Source: an uncultured bacterium (GTDB lineage: Bacteria; Patescibacteriota; Minisyncoccia; Phycocordibacterales; Phycocordibacteraceae). From it: a stretch of DNA of 64,000 bases. Shown here piece by piece: positions 36,728 through 46,982 of this stretch. Numbering within the stretch: the stretch's first letter is position 1; each line of letters begins with the position of its first letter. A program made the position numbers and the translations under genes. Location of the stretch: the NCBI GenBank assembly GCA_937879955.1, contig CALFMK010000001.1:201578-265577 (forward strand), written 5' to 3'. The notes under the pieces were generated by a model. That model saw nothing but the letters and a program-made list of their open reading frames with translations. It was not told where the DNA came from and ran no database searches.

Positions 36728-37861
36728 ATGAGCCCACAACACGAAGCGGATCCCTCGGATCCGCGCATTAAGGCCGTCGAGGTCCACCCTGGACTCTACA
36801 AGGCCCTTATTTACGCCACACTGGGCGCCTATGGCGTACTGCTGCTGGTCGCAATCGCGACCTGGAACATCACGCCGATTCCCCATCTGAACATCGGCTT
36901 CCCGATCATCGCGATCGTGGTAGCGCATTTCTGCTCCTCATGGGGCGCGGTACAGACGGATGAATGGGCGGCACTCTACTTCTACGGTCGCGCGTTGCGA
37001 CAACTGAAGTCCGGTCCGTATTTCATGCCGAGAGGCCTGATGCAGATCGTGAAAGTGCCCAAAGGTCTCAAGCAGGCCCAGGCACCCGGGGAGCCAGAAG
37101 AAATATTCCACGGCGACGATAAGGAGCCTCTCCCTATCATGCCGAACGGCAAGCAGATGGTACGACCCATCCGCGTGACGACGAGAGCCCCAAAGGAAGG
37201 CGAGACTGGTCATCTGGACGTACAGATGACCTATGAGTGGTCATTCTACTACCAGTATCAAGTCCTCGACCTCTTTCAGTTCATCGCCACCGTCGGAAGC
37301 TTCGAAGAGGCTTCGCGCCTCATCAGAGACACCGGCGAGGCGACACTGAACGAGTTCGCATCAGACATGACCGTGAACGGCATGATCGTGAACCTGAAAC
37401 AAATCAATCAGGCGCTCGATAACCGGATACGCGAACTGGTCAACGCATGGAGCATGCAGGTCTATGAGGTGAAGGCACTTGCGCCCAATCTCTCGCACGG
37501 CCTCGCCACCGCCCTGCGTAACCTCCCGATCGCCAGACTCGAGGCCGAACAGGCCGAGACGGCTGGCAAGGGGGCGCGCCGCAGGATGGAAGAAGAGGGT
37601 GCAGGCGCGGCAGCGGCCAGGGCAGCGATGCTCCAAGCCGAAGCCACGGGCCGCGAGCAGTTTCTCAAGGCCGAAGCGAACGGACTTAAGGCGAAGAAAG
37701 ATGCTCTCGATATAAGCGGCGAGGACATCCTCGTTGGCGAAGTCGCGAGCGACGCCTTGAAGCACGCTGACAGTCTAATGGTCGGCGCCGGAGACGGTGT
37801 CCGAGACCTACTCGGCATGGTCAAGGCTGGCGCGTCGGTCTTGAACGGAAAGAAGGAGTAG
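36728..37861 (+). CDS. SPFH/band-7 domain protein (stomatin/prohibitin-like)
   Basis: N-terminal TM segment, SPFH core (LDVQMTYEW...VNGMIVNLKQINQALDNRIRELVNAWSMQVYEVKA), Ala/Glu-rich coiled-coil tail. SD GAAGGAGA 7 nt upstream of ATG 36728. Confidence 0.7.
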   Translation: MSPQHEADPSDPRIKAVEVHPGLYKALIYATLGAYGVLLLVAIATWNITPIPHLNIGFPIIAIVVAHFCSSWGAVQTDEWAALYFYGRALRQLKSGPYFMPRGLMQIVKVPKGLKQAQAPGEPEEIFHGDDKEPLPIMPNGKQMVRPIRVTTRAPKEGETGHLDVQMTYEWSFYYQYQVLDLFQFIATVGSFEEASRLIRDTGEATLNEFASDMTVNGMIVNLKQINQALDNRIRELVNAWSMQVYEVKALAPNLSHGLATALRNLPIARLEAEQAETAGKGARRRMEEEGAGAAAARAAMLQAEATGREQFLKAEANGLKAKKDALDISGEDILVGEVASDALKHADSLMVGAGDGVRDLLGMVKAGASVLNGKKE

Positions 37862-37864
37862 GGC

Positions 37865-38515
37865 ATGGATTATATCTTTGGCCCCATACTCCTCTGGATC
37901 CCGATTGTCATCGTAGTCCTCGCGATCTGGTGGTTTAGCACCCACCGATCGGTCACCGTGAAGGCTCTCCATGTCAATGGACACGCTCCAGCGAAACCGA
38001 GCGAACCTGCACATCACAAAGATCACAAAGAAGATGATCATGGGCATGGTGGACACGGCCATGGGCATAACGAGACGCCGGCTTGGATTCATCTGCTAGG
38101 CTGGTGCGTGGCCATCGCCGTCGCGGCACTCATCGCGCTCTTCTTGCGGTGGTGTTACGTGACGTACGGCCTCGGCCAGATACCCGGCCCGTCGCGAGAA
38201 GTCCGAGAGGAGATCTCGCGACGGAACGGTTCCCACGGGATATCGGAGGTACCACCCTCCGATGCCCGGACCTGTTCCAGCGACCCAGCGTACAAGGTCG
38301 TGATCCAACCGGGAACGCGCATTACCGTGCACATCCCCCGGGATACCACGATCGACTTCAAGCCTGACACGAGCGAGGGGAATATCACGGCGTGCAGCTT
38401 CAGGAAGCCTGAGATCTGCTCGTCGAGCCTCCGCCGCATCAAGGGACACATCGACTACCTCACGATCACGAACGTCAGCGAGAATCCGGTGGACTTCACC
38501 TGCCGTTACCTGTGA
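37865..38515 (+). CDS. membrane protein with His-rich loop (HKDHKEDDHGHGGHGHGH) and C-terminal beta domain; possible NfeD-like SPFH partner
   Basis: Two TM helices flank a His-rich segment. 4 nt downstream of the SPFH gene (operon). Confidence 0.5.
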   Translation: MDYIFGPILLWIPIVIVVLAIWWFSTHRSVTVKALHVNGHAPAKPSEPAHHKDHKEDDHGHGGHGHGHNETPAWIHLLGWCVAIAVAALIALFLRWCYVTYGLGQIPGPSREVREEISRRNGSHGISEVPPSDARTCSSDPAYKVVIQPGTRITVHIPRDTTIDFKPDTSEGNITACSFRKPEICSSSLRRIKGHIDYLTITNVSENPVDFTCRYL

Positions 38516-38588
38516 GAAAGCACCTTGCGTCTTAGAACGCACAAAGCCGTCCTTCGGGACGGCTTTTTCCTTTACGCAGAGTCTCTGC

Positions 38589-38837
38589 CTATGGCGCCCC
38601 TACCGTAGCGCTCAGGAGCGAGACGATCGCGTTCGCGCCGAAGATGATCACGAGGCCGATGATGCCCCAGATCATGTGCTGCTGGCCCGTGGAGCGCTTC
38701 TCCTCGTTGTCCGCGCTCGCGATGAACTCGACGATACCCCAGATGAATATGAGGAACGCGCCGAGCGCGAGCAGCGTGATGATCGGCGTCAGGATCGCAT
38801 CCTGGACCTTGGTGATGAATGTGTCGAATGCGTTCAT
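38589..38837 (-). CDS. TrbC/VirB2-like small membrane protein (pilin-like), paralog 1
   Basis: Two hydrophobic helices separated by an ADNEEKRSTGQQ loop. WGIIGLVIIFGANAIV pattern shared with the four neighbouring paralogs. Confidence 0.55.
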   Translation of the reverse strand: MNAFDTFITKVQDAILTPIITLLALGAFLIFIWGIVEFIASADNEEKRSTGQQHMIWGIIGLVIIFGANAIVSLLSATVGAP

Positions 38838-38903
38838 AGGCGTCAGTATAGCAGAACGCCCGCAGTCTCCTGCGGGCGTTCTGCTATAGCTGTGGGTTCA
38901 GGA

Positions 38904-39269
38904 CTAGTTGACCTGAACCGAAGGAGTCACGTCTCCGACCGACGGCGCTCCGTTATTGAGCACGAAGGTTCCGCGGAGGATGTTCACGAGGCCCCACACG
39001 GATGCCATCACGAAGAAGCCGATGATGCCCCAGAGCATGAGGCTCTTGCCGGCCTCGCGCTTCTCCTCGTCTGCGCCTCCAGCGATGAAGTACTGGAACA
39101 CGCCCCAGATGAACACGACGAACGCGACGGCGAATACGAGCGGAACGAGGATGTTGTTGATGAGGGCGATGATCCCCTGTCCGATCGATCCTGCGCTGTC
39201 GGCCGTGACCTGCGCAGAGACGAGCGCTGGGAATACGAGAGCAGCGACGATGTAACCAAATTTCTTCAT
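38904..39269 (-). CDS. TrbC/VirB2-like small secreted membrane protein, paralog 2
   Basis: Signal peptide MKKFGYIVAALVFPALVSA, then LVPLVFAVAFVVFIWGVFQYFIAGGADEEKREAGKSLMLWGIIGFFVMASVWGLVNIL. Confidence 0.6.
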   Translation of the reverse strand: MKKFGYIVAALVFPALVSAQVTADSAGSIGQGIIALINNILVPLVFAVAFVVFIWGVFQYFIAGGADEEKREAGKSLMLWGIIGFFVMASVWGLVNILRGTFVLNNGAPSVGDVTPSVQVN

Positions 39270-39365
39270 AATGGATGTTTACGGATAACGCTTTGCGTAT
39301 TCATCTAGCATAGACCGGAATGAAGGCGCGTCAATAGAGCCTTTCAGGCCGTGTGGAAAACACTA

Positions 39366-39767
39366 TTACGGCGTCGGGCCGATCGAGCCGCCGCTGCCAG
39401 GATTGAACGTCGGAAGGTCCGGTGCGTTCACATTCCCGAACCCGAAGGTACCCACGAGCACGTTCACGAGGCCCCACACCGACACCATCACGAAGAAGCC
39501 GACGATGCCCCATATCGCGAGCTGCTTGCCCTGGTCACGCTTCTCCTCGTTCGCGCCGCCCGCGATGAAATAGAGGAAGATGCCCCAGATGAACGTGACG
39601 AACGCCACCGCGAACACCACCGGCACGAGCACGGCGTTGATGAAGCCGATGATGCTGAGGAGATACTGGGAGACCGTATTGCCGCCGATCTCGCCGCTCT
39701 GTGCATGGACGGCTCCGGCGGATACGAGGAACAACGCGAGCGAAAGGGCGAGTGTGCGGAATGTCAT
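39366..39767 (-). CDS. TrbC/VirB2-like small secreted membrane protein, paralog 3
   Basis: Signal peptide MTFRTLALSLALFLVSAGAVHA, then LVPVVFAVAFVTFIWGIFLYFIAGGANEEKRDQGKQLAIWGIVGFFVMVSVWGLVNVL. Confidence 0.6.
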   Translation of the reverse strand: MTFRTLALSLALFLVSAGAVHAQSGEIGGNTVSQYLLSIIGFINAVLVPVVFAVAFVTFIWGIFLYFIAGGANEEKRDQGKQLAIWGIVGFFVMVSVWGLVNVLVGTFGFGNVNAPDLPTFNPGSGGSIGPTP

Positions 39768-39816
39768 AGTACGTTTCAGAGTAGCAAGTAATGAAGGTCG
39801 GTCCAGAGCTTATGCA

Positions 39817-40119
39817 CTAGCCAGGAAGCGCCGTGAGCAGCAGGCGGACGATACCCCACACGGAGAACATCACCACGAACCCGATGATGCCCCAGAGCAT
39901 GAATGTCTTCCCTTTCTCCCGGCCTTCCTCGCCGCCGAGGAAGAAGAAGCGCACCATGCCGATAAGGAAGAGGATAAACGCGATCGAATAGATGAGCGGG
40001 ACCACAGCGGTGTTCACGAGCTCAACGATATCGGCCGTGAACTCCTTGAAGCTCGCGGCATGCGCGAAAGAAGGGATGACGAGCGCGAGAGAAGCGGACG
40101 CGAGGAGAAGCTTGCGCAT
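39817..40119 (-). CDS. TrbC/VirB2-like small secreted membrane protein, paralog 4
   Basis: Start MRKLLLASASLALVIPSFAHA (ATG 40117-40119). Core VVPLIYSIAFILFLIGMVRFFFLGGEEGREKGKTFMLWGIIGFVVMFSVWGIVRLL. Confidence 0.55.
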   Translation of the reverse strand: MRKLLLASASLALVIPSFAHAASFKEFTADIVELVNTAVVPLIYSIAFILFLIGMVRFFFLGGEEGREKGKTFMLWGIIGFVVMFSVWGIVRLLLTALPG

Positions 40120-40121
40120 GG

Positions 40122-40511
40122 TTACTGTACGATCGAATCCACCGTGCCCGTTATGATTGCCTGAATGCCGGTCGCGCCGAGCAGCACGAGGCCGCCGATG
40201 ATGGTCCACACGAGCGCGCTCTTCGCGCCCTGGAGCTTCTCCGCGTTCCCTCTCGCCGCGACGAAGAGGAAGCCCACGTAGACGAGCATCATGATGAGGA
40301 CGATCGTGCCGAGCCGTATCACGCCGTTGAGGATCGCGGTAAGAAACTCGTCGAGCGTGCTCACGCCGTTGAGCGGGTTCGTGAGTCCTGTGCTTACCGT
40401 CGTATTCCCGCCCGTGTTCGTGACTTGATCCGCGCGCGCCGCCGACGGAATCAGGAGTGCGAGCGCCAACGTCGCGGAGAAGCTCCTGATAGCACTGCTC
40501 ATGGTTCGCAT
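40122..40511 (-). CDS. TrbC/VirB2-like small secreted membrane protein, paralog 5 (more divergent)
   Basis: Signal peptide, then LGTIVLIMMLVYVGFLFVAARGNAEKLQGAKSALVWTIIGGLVLLGATGI. 2-nt spacing to paralog 4. Confidence 0.5.
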   Translation of the reverse strand: MRTMSSAIRSFSATLALALLIPSAARADQVTNTGGNTTVSTGLTNPLNGVSTLDEFLTAILNGVIRLGTIVLIMMLVYVGFLFVAARGNAEKLQGAKSALVWTIIGGLVLLGATGIQAIITGTVDSIVQ

Positions 40512-40521
40512 AGGATGGTGA

Positions 40522-41826
40522 TTATTTTAGTGCCGCGTCGAGCGACTGGCTCGCGGTCGACAGCGCGGTCGAGACCGTCGCCTTCCCCGTCGCGATGCTG
40601 CTAACCATCGTACCAAAGATACGGTCGGTCTCGGACGGCATCGGGGATAGCCAGCCCTTCGCGATGAGCGCCTCCGGGTAGTACACCGGCTCGTAGAGGT
40701 CGCCGCTCGAAGGCGAGAGCGCGTCGCGCCTCGCGGGCGCCATACCGAGCGCATGCGCGAAGAGGGGCACGGTCTCCTTCGACGACAATACCTGCGCAAC
40801 GCGCACGGCCCCTGATCCGTTCTTCGCGGCGCGCGGAACGGCGAACGCATAGGCCTTGCCGTACGTGATGCGGGTCGCGCTCTGCGCCGGGGCGGGCACG
40901 GGCGCCATGTCGAAGTCGAGATTCGGGTTCGCCTCGGAGAGGTCAGCGCGCTCGGACGCATAGCCGAGATAGAGCGCGAGGTCGCCCGAGAGGAACGCGA
41001 GGCGGTTCTCCGGGAGCGAGCGGTTCCAGGAGTACGCCGTCTTCGCCGGGTTCGCGAACTCGGTGTAGAAGTTGAGCGCACTCTCTGCGGGCTTGGTCCC
41101 GAAGGACGAGCCCTTCACGTCCGTGAGGTCCGACTCGATGCCGCTCGCCGTGCGGCCGGCGATGCCGTAGCCTGCCTGCATGAAGAGGAGCGAGATGATC
41201 GCGCGCGCGTTGTCGATGTTCTCGTAGGTACCGAGCGCGATGAGGCTCTTCACGACCTGCTGCGCTTCCGTCTGACGGTTCACCACCGACGTGAGGCCCG
41301 TCACCGCCTCCCAGGTGGACGGAGGACGCGCCGCGCCCGCCGACGCGAGGACCGGGCGGTTGTAGTAGAGCATCAAGGGGTCGACGAGGAACGGGATGCC
41401 GAACGTACCGCCCGTCGTGAGGAAGAGCTCGCTGATCGGCAGGTAGGAATCGCGGAAGTCGCGCTCGGATATGACCGAGGACGGCACCATGGAGAGCTTC
41501 CCCTCCGCCGCAGCGAGGTCCTCCTGCGAGATGAGGATGAGGTCCGGACCGCGCCCCGAAGCGATTGCTTCCGCAAGATCCGCATCGAAGGTGTCCGCGG
41601 AGCGCTCGAGGTAGGTGACGCTCGCGTACTCCGGCTTCCCCTGCTTCACGGCGCCGAGCGCCTCGTTCATGGCGCCTGCAGGCAAGGTGCCCCAGATAGA
41701 GACCGTGCCAACCTGCGGCGCGCCGGTCGAGAAGCCCTGGAAGGTCGCGAACAGGACGAGGCCGGCGAGCGCGACGAGGCCGAACACGGCCATGATGATG
41801 ATCTGGAACGGCTTCATGGTTGCCAT
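40522..41826 (-). CDS. extracellular solute-binding protein (ABC transporter substrate-binding, family 1-like), membrane-anchored
   Basis: N-terminal TM anchor MATMKPFQIIIMAVFGLVALAGLVLFA. About 400-aa periplasmic-binding-protein-like body. Family assignment by composition, moderate. Confidence 0.55.
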   Translation of the reverse strand: MATMKPFQIIIMAVFGLVALAGLVLFATFQGFSTGAPQVGTVSIWGTLPAGAMNEALGAVKQGKPEYASVTYLERSADTFDADLAEAIASGRGPDLILISQEDLAAAEGKLSMVPSSVISERDFRDSYLPISELFLTTGGTFGIPFLVDPLMLYYNRPVLASAGAARPPSTWEAVTGLTSVVNRQTEAQQVVKSLIALGTYENIDNARAIISLLFMQAGYGIAGRTASGIESDLTDVKGSSFGTKPAESALNFYTEFANPAKTAYSWNRSLPENRLAFLSGDLALYLGYASERADLSEANPNLDFDMAPVPAPAQSATRITYGKAYAFAVPRAAKNGSGAVRVAQVLSSKETVPLFAHALGMAPARRDALSPSSGDLYEPVYYPEALIAKGWLSPMPSETDRIFGTMVSSIATGKATVSTALSTASQSLDAALK

Positions 41827-41827
41827 A

Positions 41828-42358
41828 CTACGGTGCAGTGAATACGAGGGAATAATGATGCGGCCCGCCGCGGAACGCCTTAACCTTATGGAAGCCCGCT
41901 CCGATGAACAGGTCTTCCGCGACGTGCTCGGGCACTACGCGATGCGGATGCGGCCCGATGCCGCCGTACGCGCCCGCCCAGTCCACGACGAGCAGCTTCC
42001 CTCCGGGCTTCAGGATGCGCTTTATCTCGGCCACGGCGCCTTCGCGATGGTCGAGCTGGAAGAGCGTGTTCGAGAGGATCACGGCGTCGAGCGACGCGTC
42101 CCGCAGGCGCGTGCCGCCGAGCTTCTCGAAGTTCCCCCAGACCGTCTCGACGTTCCGGTGGCCGAGACCCTCGACGAAGTCCTTCACGTGCTTAAGGATG
42201 TCTTCCTGAATATCGACGGCGTACACTTTCCCTTCGGTGCCTACGATGGCGGCCGCGCTCGCGGCATAATGCCCTGAGCCCGCGCCGAGATCCCCGACCT
42301 TCATGCCGTCGCGAAGCCCCAGCTGCAGGACGTTGCTCTTCGGATCGCTGAAATTCAT
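41828..42358 (-). CDS. class I SAM-dependent methyltransferase
   Basis: Motif I VGDLGAGSGHYA, VYAVDIQ, post-I/II LKPGGKLLVVDW. Confidence 0.75.
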   Translation of the reverse strand: MNFSDPKSNVLQLGLRDGMKVGDLGAGSGHYAASAAAIVGTEGKVYAVDIQEDILKHVKDFVEGLGHRNVETVWGNFEKLGGTRLRDASLDAVILSNTLFQLDHREGAVAEIKRILKPGGKLLVVDWAGAYGGIGPHPHRVVPEHVAEDLFIGAGFHKVKAFRGGPHHYSLVFTAP

Positions 42359-42461
42359 ACACGGAGTATAGCAAGCGCGGCGCAGAGGCGCCGCGCAATC
42401 AACAAAAGGAAAAGACGCACCCTAGTACGGATGCGTCTCATTCATAGGACGTGTGGCCGGC

Positions 42462-42737
42462 TCATTCGAGCCGATTGAAGAACATGCTGTTCGGATTGCC
42501 CTTCGTGTAGGCCTGACCAGCGGGACTTTCCCGCCACGCTGCCACTTCCTTCGGGTCGTAGCCGCTCGGGCCGTACTTCGTCGGCGTCCCGATCTCAAGA
42601 CGGGCGGCCCGACCGATTGCAGCTGCGTCGGCATGATCCACTTGATCGGCCATGGAAAGATCTCCCTGTTTTGAAATTGATACGCAGGCATGGCACCTGC
42701 GACGGGTATAGAGTACCCCGCCCACAGGCTTTGTCAA
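42462..42737 (-). CDS. hypothetical small protein
   Basis: 91-aa ORF upstream of gyrA; start uncertain. Confidence 0.3.
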   Translation of the reverse strand: MTKPVGGVLYTRRRCHACVSISKQGDLSMADQVDHADAAAIGRAARLEIGTPTKYGPSGYDPKEVAAWRESPAGQAYTKGNPNSMFFNRLE

Positions 42738-42753
42738 ATCCTACGGAACGCTA

Positions 42754-45234
42754 CTAAAGCGCCACCATCGAGGCGATGGAATCCCCTTCGCGCATCTTCA
42801 TGATGCGGACGCCCTGGGTCGCGCGAGAGAGCGACGGGATCTCGCCCGCCGAACAGCGGATGACCTGTCCCTTCTTCGATATGACCACGAGCTCCTCGGT
42901 CTTCGCCTCGTCGCCGATGAGGACCTTAGCGCCGATGATCTTGCCCGTCTTCGCTGTCACGTCGGCGGTCTTGATGCCGGATCCGCCGCGGCCCTGGATC
43001 TTGTACTCGGAGAGCGGCGTCTTCTTGCCGTAGCCCTTGTCCATGATGATGAGGAGCGAGGCGCCCTTGGCATCCGCTGGCACGACCTCCGCCGAGACGA
43101 TCACGTCGCCCTTCTTCACCGTCATGCCGCGCACGCCCGCAGCCGTGCGGCCCATGGCGCGCGTCTCGCTCTCGTCGAAGCGGATGGACTGGCCCTCGGC
43201 CGTCACGATCGACACCGAGTCGCCAGGAGCAGCTAAGTGCGCGGACACGAGGCGGTCGCCGCCCTTGAGCGCGATCGCGATGATGCCGGAACGGCGCACG
43301 TCCGAGAAGGACTTCGCCTCCACCTTCTTGATGGTGCCGGCCTCGGTCACGAGGAAGACGGAGAGCGCGTCGCGGGCGCCGCTACCCTTCTCTACCTTCG
43401 GCATCGCGAGCACGCTCGTCACCTTCTCCTCTCCCGAGAGCTGGAGGAAGTTCATGATGCTCTTGCCCTTGGTCGCGCGCTTTCCTTCCGGAAGCTCGTA
43501 CATCTTGAGCTGGTACGCCTTGCCGAGGTCCGTAAAGAAGAGGAGATCGGAGTGAGCCGAGGCCGCGAGGAAGTGCGTCACGACGTCCTCCTCCTTGGTG
43601 GACATGTCGATGACGCCTACGCCGCCGCGCTTCTGGAGCTTGAACTCCTCAGGGTTCGTACGCTTCACGTAGCCGCCCTGCGTGAGGACGAGCACGGACT
43701 CCTCGTCCGGCACGAGGTCCTCCACCGAGATGTTCTTCACGCCGCCCTTCACGATCTTCGTGCGGCGGTCGTCGCCGTACTTCTCGGCGATGGCCTCGAG
43801 CTCCTCGCGCACCACGGCGAGGATGTTCTTCGCGGAAGAGAGGATCTTCTGGAGGCGCTTGATGAGCGCCTGGATCTCGGCGAGCTCCTCCTCGATCTTC
43901 TTGCGTTCGAGCGCCGCGAGCTTCTGGAGGCGCATGTCGAGGATGGCCGCCGCCTGGATGACGGAGAAGCCGAACTTCTTCTGGAGCTTGGCCGACGCGT
44001 CCGGCACGTCCTTCGCGGCGCGGATGGTCTTGATGACCTCGTCGATGTGGTCGAGCGCCTTCGAGAGGCCGAGCAGGATGTGCTCGCGCTCCTGGGCCTT
44101 CCGAAGCTCGTACTCGGTGCGGCGCTTCACCACCTCCTTGCGGTGGTTGATGAACGCCTCGAGCATGCCCTTCAAGGAGAGCGTCTCCGGCACGCCGTCC
44201 ACGAGCGCGAGCATGTTGTAGTGGAACGTGCTCTCGAGCTCCGTATGCTTGTAGAGATTATTCAAAACGGCCTGCGGATGCGCGGTGCCCTTGAGCTCTA
44301 CCACGACGCGGATGTCCGCGGCCGACTCGTCGCGCAGGTCCTTCACACCCTCGAGCTTCTTGTCGCGCACGAGCTCCGCGATGCGCGTGATGAGGTCCGC
44401 CTTGTTCACGCGGTACGGGATGGAGGTGATGACGATGCTCGTCCCCTTCTTGTCCTCGACGATGTCCGCCTCGCCGCGCACCACGACGCCGCCGCGGCCG
44501 GTGGTGTACGCATGCTTGATGTCGGCCTGGTTGAACGCGATCGCGCCGAGCGGGAAGTCGGGCCCCTTCACGTGCTGGAGGAGGTCCTCGACGGTCGCGT
44601 CGGGTTCGTCGATGAGATGCGTAGTGGCCGCGACCACCTCGCGCAGGTTATGCGGCGGGATGTTGGTCGCCATACCGACCGCGATGCCGAGCGTTCCGTT
44701 GAGGAGCAGGTTCGGGACCGCTGCCGGGAGCACCGTCGGCTCCTGCTTCGAGCCGTCGAAGTTCGGCGTCCATTCCACGGTCTCCTTCTCGAGGTCGCGG
44801 AGCATCTCGTCGGCGAGGCGGGACATCTTGGCCTCCGTATAGCGGTACGCGGCAGGCGGATCGCCGTCGACCGAACCGAAGTTACCCTGGCCCTGCACGA
44901 GCAGGTAGCGGGTCGCGAAGTCCTGCGCGAGCTTCACCATCGCGTCGTACACGGACGCGTCGCCGTGCGGGTGGTACGAACCCAGCACCTCTCCCACCAC
45001 GGTCGCGGACTTCCTGAACTTCGCGGACGGCGTGAGGCCCGTCATGCGCATCGCGTAGAGGATTCTTCGGTGCACCGGCTTCAGGCCGTCGCGCACGTCA
45101 GGCAGCGCGCGGCTCGTGATGACGGACATCGCGTAGTCGAGGTAGCTCGTGCGCATCTCGCTCGTGATCGACTGGTCGACCACGTTCACGCGCGGCACGA
45201 TCGGCTCTGGGGTCGGAACGGGTTTCTTTGCCAT
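42754..45234 (-). CDS. gyrA: DNA gyrase subunit A
   Basis: N-terminus [32 protein letters not shown], active-site Tyr region, C-terminal beta-pinwheel repeats; 826 aa. Confidence 0.95.
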   Translation of the reverse strand: MAKKPVPTPEPIVPRVNVVDQSITSEMRTSYLDYAMSVITSRALPDVRDGLKPVHRRILYAMRMTGLTPSAKFRKSATVVGEVLGSYHPHGDASVYDAMVKLAQDFATRYLLVQGQGNFGSVDGDPPAAYRYTEAKMSRLADEMLRDLEKETVEWTPNFDGSKQEPTVLPAAVPNLLLNGTLGIAVGMATNIPPHNLREVVAATTHLIDEPDATVEDLLQHVKGPDFPLGAIAFNQADIKHAYTTGRGGVVVRGEADIVEDKKGTSIVITSIPYRVNKADLITRIAELVRDKKLEGVKDLRDESAADIRVVVELKGTAHPQAVLNNLYKHTELESTFHYNMLALVDGVPETLSLKGMLEAFINHRKEVVKRRTEYELRKAQEREHILLGLSKALDHIDEVIKTIRAAKDVPDASAKLQKKFGFSVIQAAAILDMRLQKLAALERKKIEEELAEIQALIKRLQKILSSAKNILAVVREELEAIAEKYGDDRRTKIVKGGVKNISVEDLVPDEESVLVLTQGGYVKRTNPEEFKLQKRGGVGVIDMSTKEEDVVTHFLAASAHSDLLFFTDLGKAYQLKMYELPEGKRATKGKSIMNFLQLSGEEKVTSVLAMPKVEKGSGARDALSVFLVTEAGTIKKVEAKSFSDVRRSGIIAIALKGGDRLVSAHLAAPGDSVSIVTAEGQSIRFDESETRAMGRTAAGVRGMTVKKGDVIVSAEVVPADAKGASLLIIMDKGYGKKTPLSEYKIQGRGGSGIKTADVTAKTGKIIGAKVLIGDEAKTEELVVISKKGQVIRCSAGEIPSLSRATQGVRIMKMREGDSIASMVAL

Positions 45235-45237
45235 GTA

Positions 45238-45597
45238 TTAGAAAGGTATGACGGTCTTGCCGGACGCGTTCGCGGACGGCGTCTCGGCGTCGAGCGTCGA
45301 GGACGTCCTCGAATCGACGATGTTCAGCGTCGCGTCGGTGCTGGTAGCGCCGAACGCGGCACCCGCTGCGCCGAGCAGGCTCGAGATCGGCGTCGACGGC
45401 TTCTCGATCTGCCCCAGTTCCGCAACGATCGGCTCCTGCTCGAGCGCGAACGAGCCCGAGGTAGCCATGGCGGCGACCCAGCCGGCCGTGACGATGCCGG
45501 TCACGCCGAACGCTACCGCCATCGCGATCTGATGACGGACATGCTCGGGCTTCGCCCGGAGCGTATCGATATGGTCCATGATGCGCTGCGTCGCCAT
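45238..45597 (-). CDS. hypothetical membrane protein
   Basis: 119-aa ORF, TM AMAVAFGVTGIVTAGWVAAMA. Stop overlaps the gyrA start region. Confidence 0.4.
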   Translation of the reverse strand: MATQRIMDHIDTLRAKPEHVRHQIAMAVAFGVTGIVTAGWVAAMATSGSFALEQEPIVAELGQIEKPSTPISSLLGAAGAAFGATSTDATLNIVDSRTSSTLDAETPSANASGKTVIPF

Positions 45598-45603
45598 ACG
45601 TCC

Positions 45604-46254
45604 TTAGGAGGTTATCACGATGATGCTGCCCGCCTTCTCCGCGGCGTCCTTCTTCTTGAGCGTGAGCTTGTCCACAGTCTCGGAGTCCTTGCCCGCTTCC
45701 TTCAGGAAGGCGTCGAGCGCCTTTGGCTCGCCCATACCCTCGTAGTGCATCGGGATGACGATCTTCGGCTCGAGCGTGACCGCGAGCTTCGCGGCCTCGG
45801 CCGCATTCAGCACGCCGTCCCCGCCCACCGGCACGAAGAGGATGTCGATCTCGTCTATCGCTTCGCGCGCGTCATGCGAGAGCATCGGGTCCGACAGCGC
45901 GCCCAGATGCACGAGGGTCATGCCGTCGAGCGTCACGGCATAGACCGTATTGATAGCGTCCATGCGCCCCTTCGGGAGGCCGTACTGGCTCTTGGTGAGG
46001 AATCCCTGCACGCGGACGCCCGAGTGCTCGTACTCGCCGGGGCCGTCGATGACGAACGGCTCCTTGCCGCCGAACGAGACCTCGTCGGTGCCGTCCATGT
46101 CGGGATGCCTGCGCGTCACGAGCGCGATGTCCGCGCCGAAGCGTACCGCCGGGAGCGTACCGCTCTTTGAGATGGGGTCGAAGACGATAGTGAGGTCGCC
46201 CTGCGTTATCTTGAAGCACTGCCCTCCGTGATGCGTGATGACCATTACCCGCAT
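45604..46254 (-). CDS. MBL-fold metallo-hydrolase
   Basis: MRVMVITHHGGQCFKI...DIALVTRRHPDMDG...VPVGGDG fits the beta-lactamase fold with UlaG/YtnP-like His/Asp placement. Confidence 0.6.
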   Translation of the reverse strand: MRVMVITHHGGQCFKITQGDLTIVFDPISKSGTLPAVRFGADIALVTRRHPDMDGTDEVSFGGKEPFVIDGPGEYEHSGVRVQGFLTKSQYGLPKGRMDAINTVYAVTLDGMTLVHLGALSDPMLSHDAREAIDEIDILFVPVGGDGVLNAAEAAKLAVTLEPKIVIPMHYEGMGEPKALDAFLKEAGKDSETVDKLTLKKKDAAEKAGSIIVITS

Positions 46255-46425
46255 TTTACCATGGGCGTTTCTTCATGTCCTACGGGTTCTGGGTATCTTC
46301 ATGATTACGCCATATCCACAGAGGTCTTGACAATATATGAAGAAGGTCGTATTTTTTCCTGGTTCGTACCTGGCAGGAATCCCCTGACAGGATCGGCGGA
46401 CAGCACCAAGCAAAGGAACACGGAA

Positions 46426-46740
46426 ATGAGGAACCGAACGAGCCTCGTCGCCCTCGCGGCGGCCGGCGCCTTCTCGTCGATGATGATCTCGGACATGGCC
46501 ATGGCCGGCGCGGCCAGGGACGCCAAGCACGTGAAGCGGACCGGCCACCTCGACAGCGGCGCCAGCGCCCTGACCTTCGCCAGCGACGGCCTCGACACCA
46601 CGGGCAGCGGCAGCGGCGCCATCGACCGGCATCACGCGGCGACGGACCTCGACAAGATGGCCATGACCTCGATCGCCGGCGTCGGCGACGACCTGGGCGG
46701 CGACACGGCGGACGGCCACGGGCACATCACCCCGAGCTAG
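46426..46740 (+). CDS. small secreted Gly/Asp/Ala-rich protein
   Basis: Start MRNRTSLVALAAAGAFSSMMISDMAMA (signal peptide) with AAGGAA SD. The ORF-track start at 46228 is upstream junk overlapping the MBL gene. Confidence 0.45.
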   Translation: MRNRTSLVALAAAGAFSSMMISDMAMAGAARDAKHVKRTGHLDSGASALTFASDGLDTTGSGSGAIDRHHAATDLDKMAMTSIAGVGDDLGGDTADGHGHITPS

Positions 46741-46982
46741 ATCGCCGGCGTGAAGTGGCCGGGGAACGCATCTGCGCTCCCCGGCCATGACCTTCCTTCT
46801 TCCCGTACCTTTAATTACTAATCCCTATCCATCCGGATGAGGGATTTTTCTTTATCCCCCGCCGCGCGCACGACCCCCTTTCCAGGGAGGCGAACCATGG
46901 TAGCTTCATCTATGACCGTATCGCTTGGTTCTTCCAGTCGAACGACGGTCTTGTTCCGCCAACCTGCAAGGAGATTGCAGCC

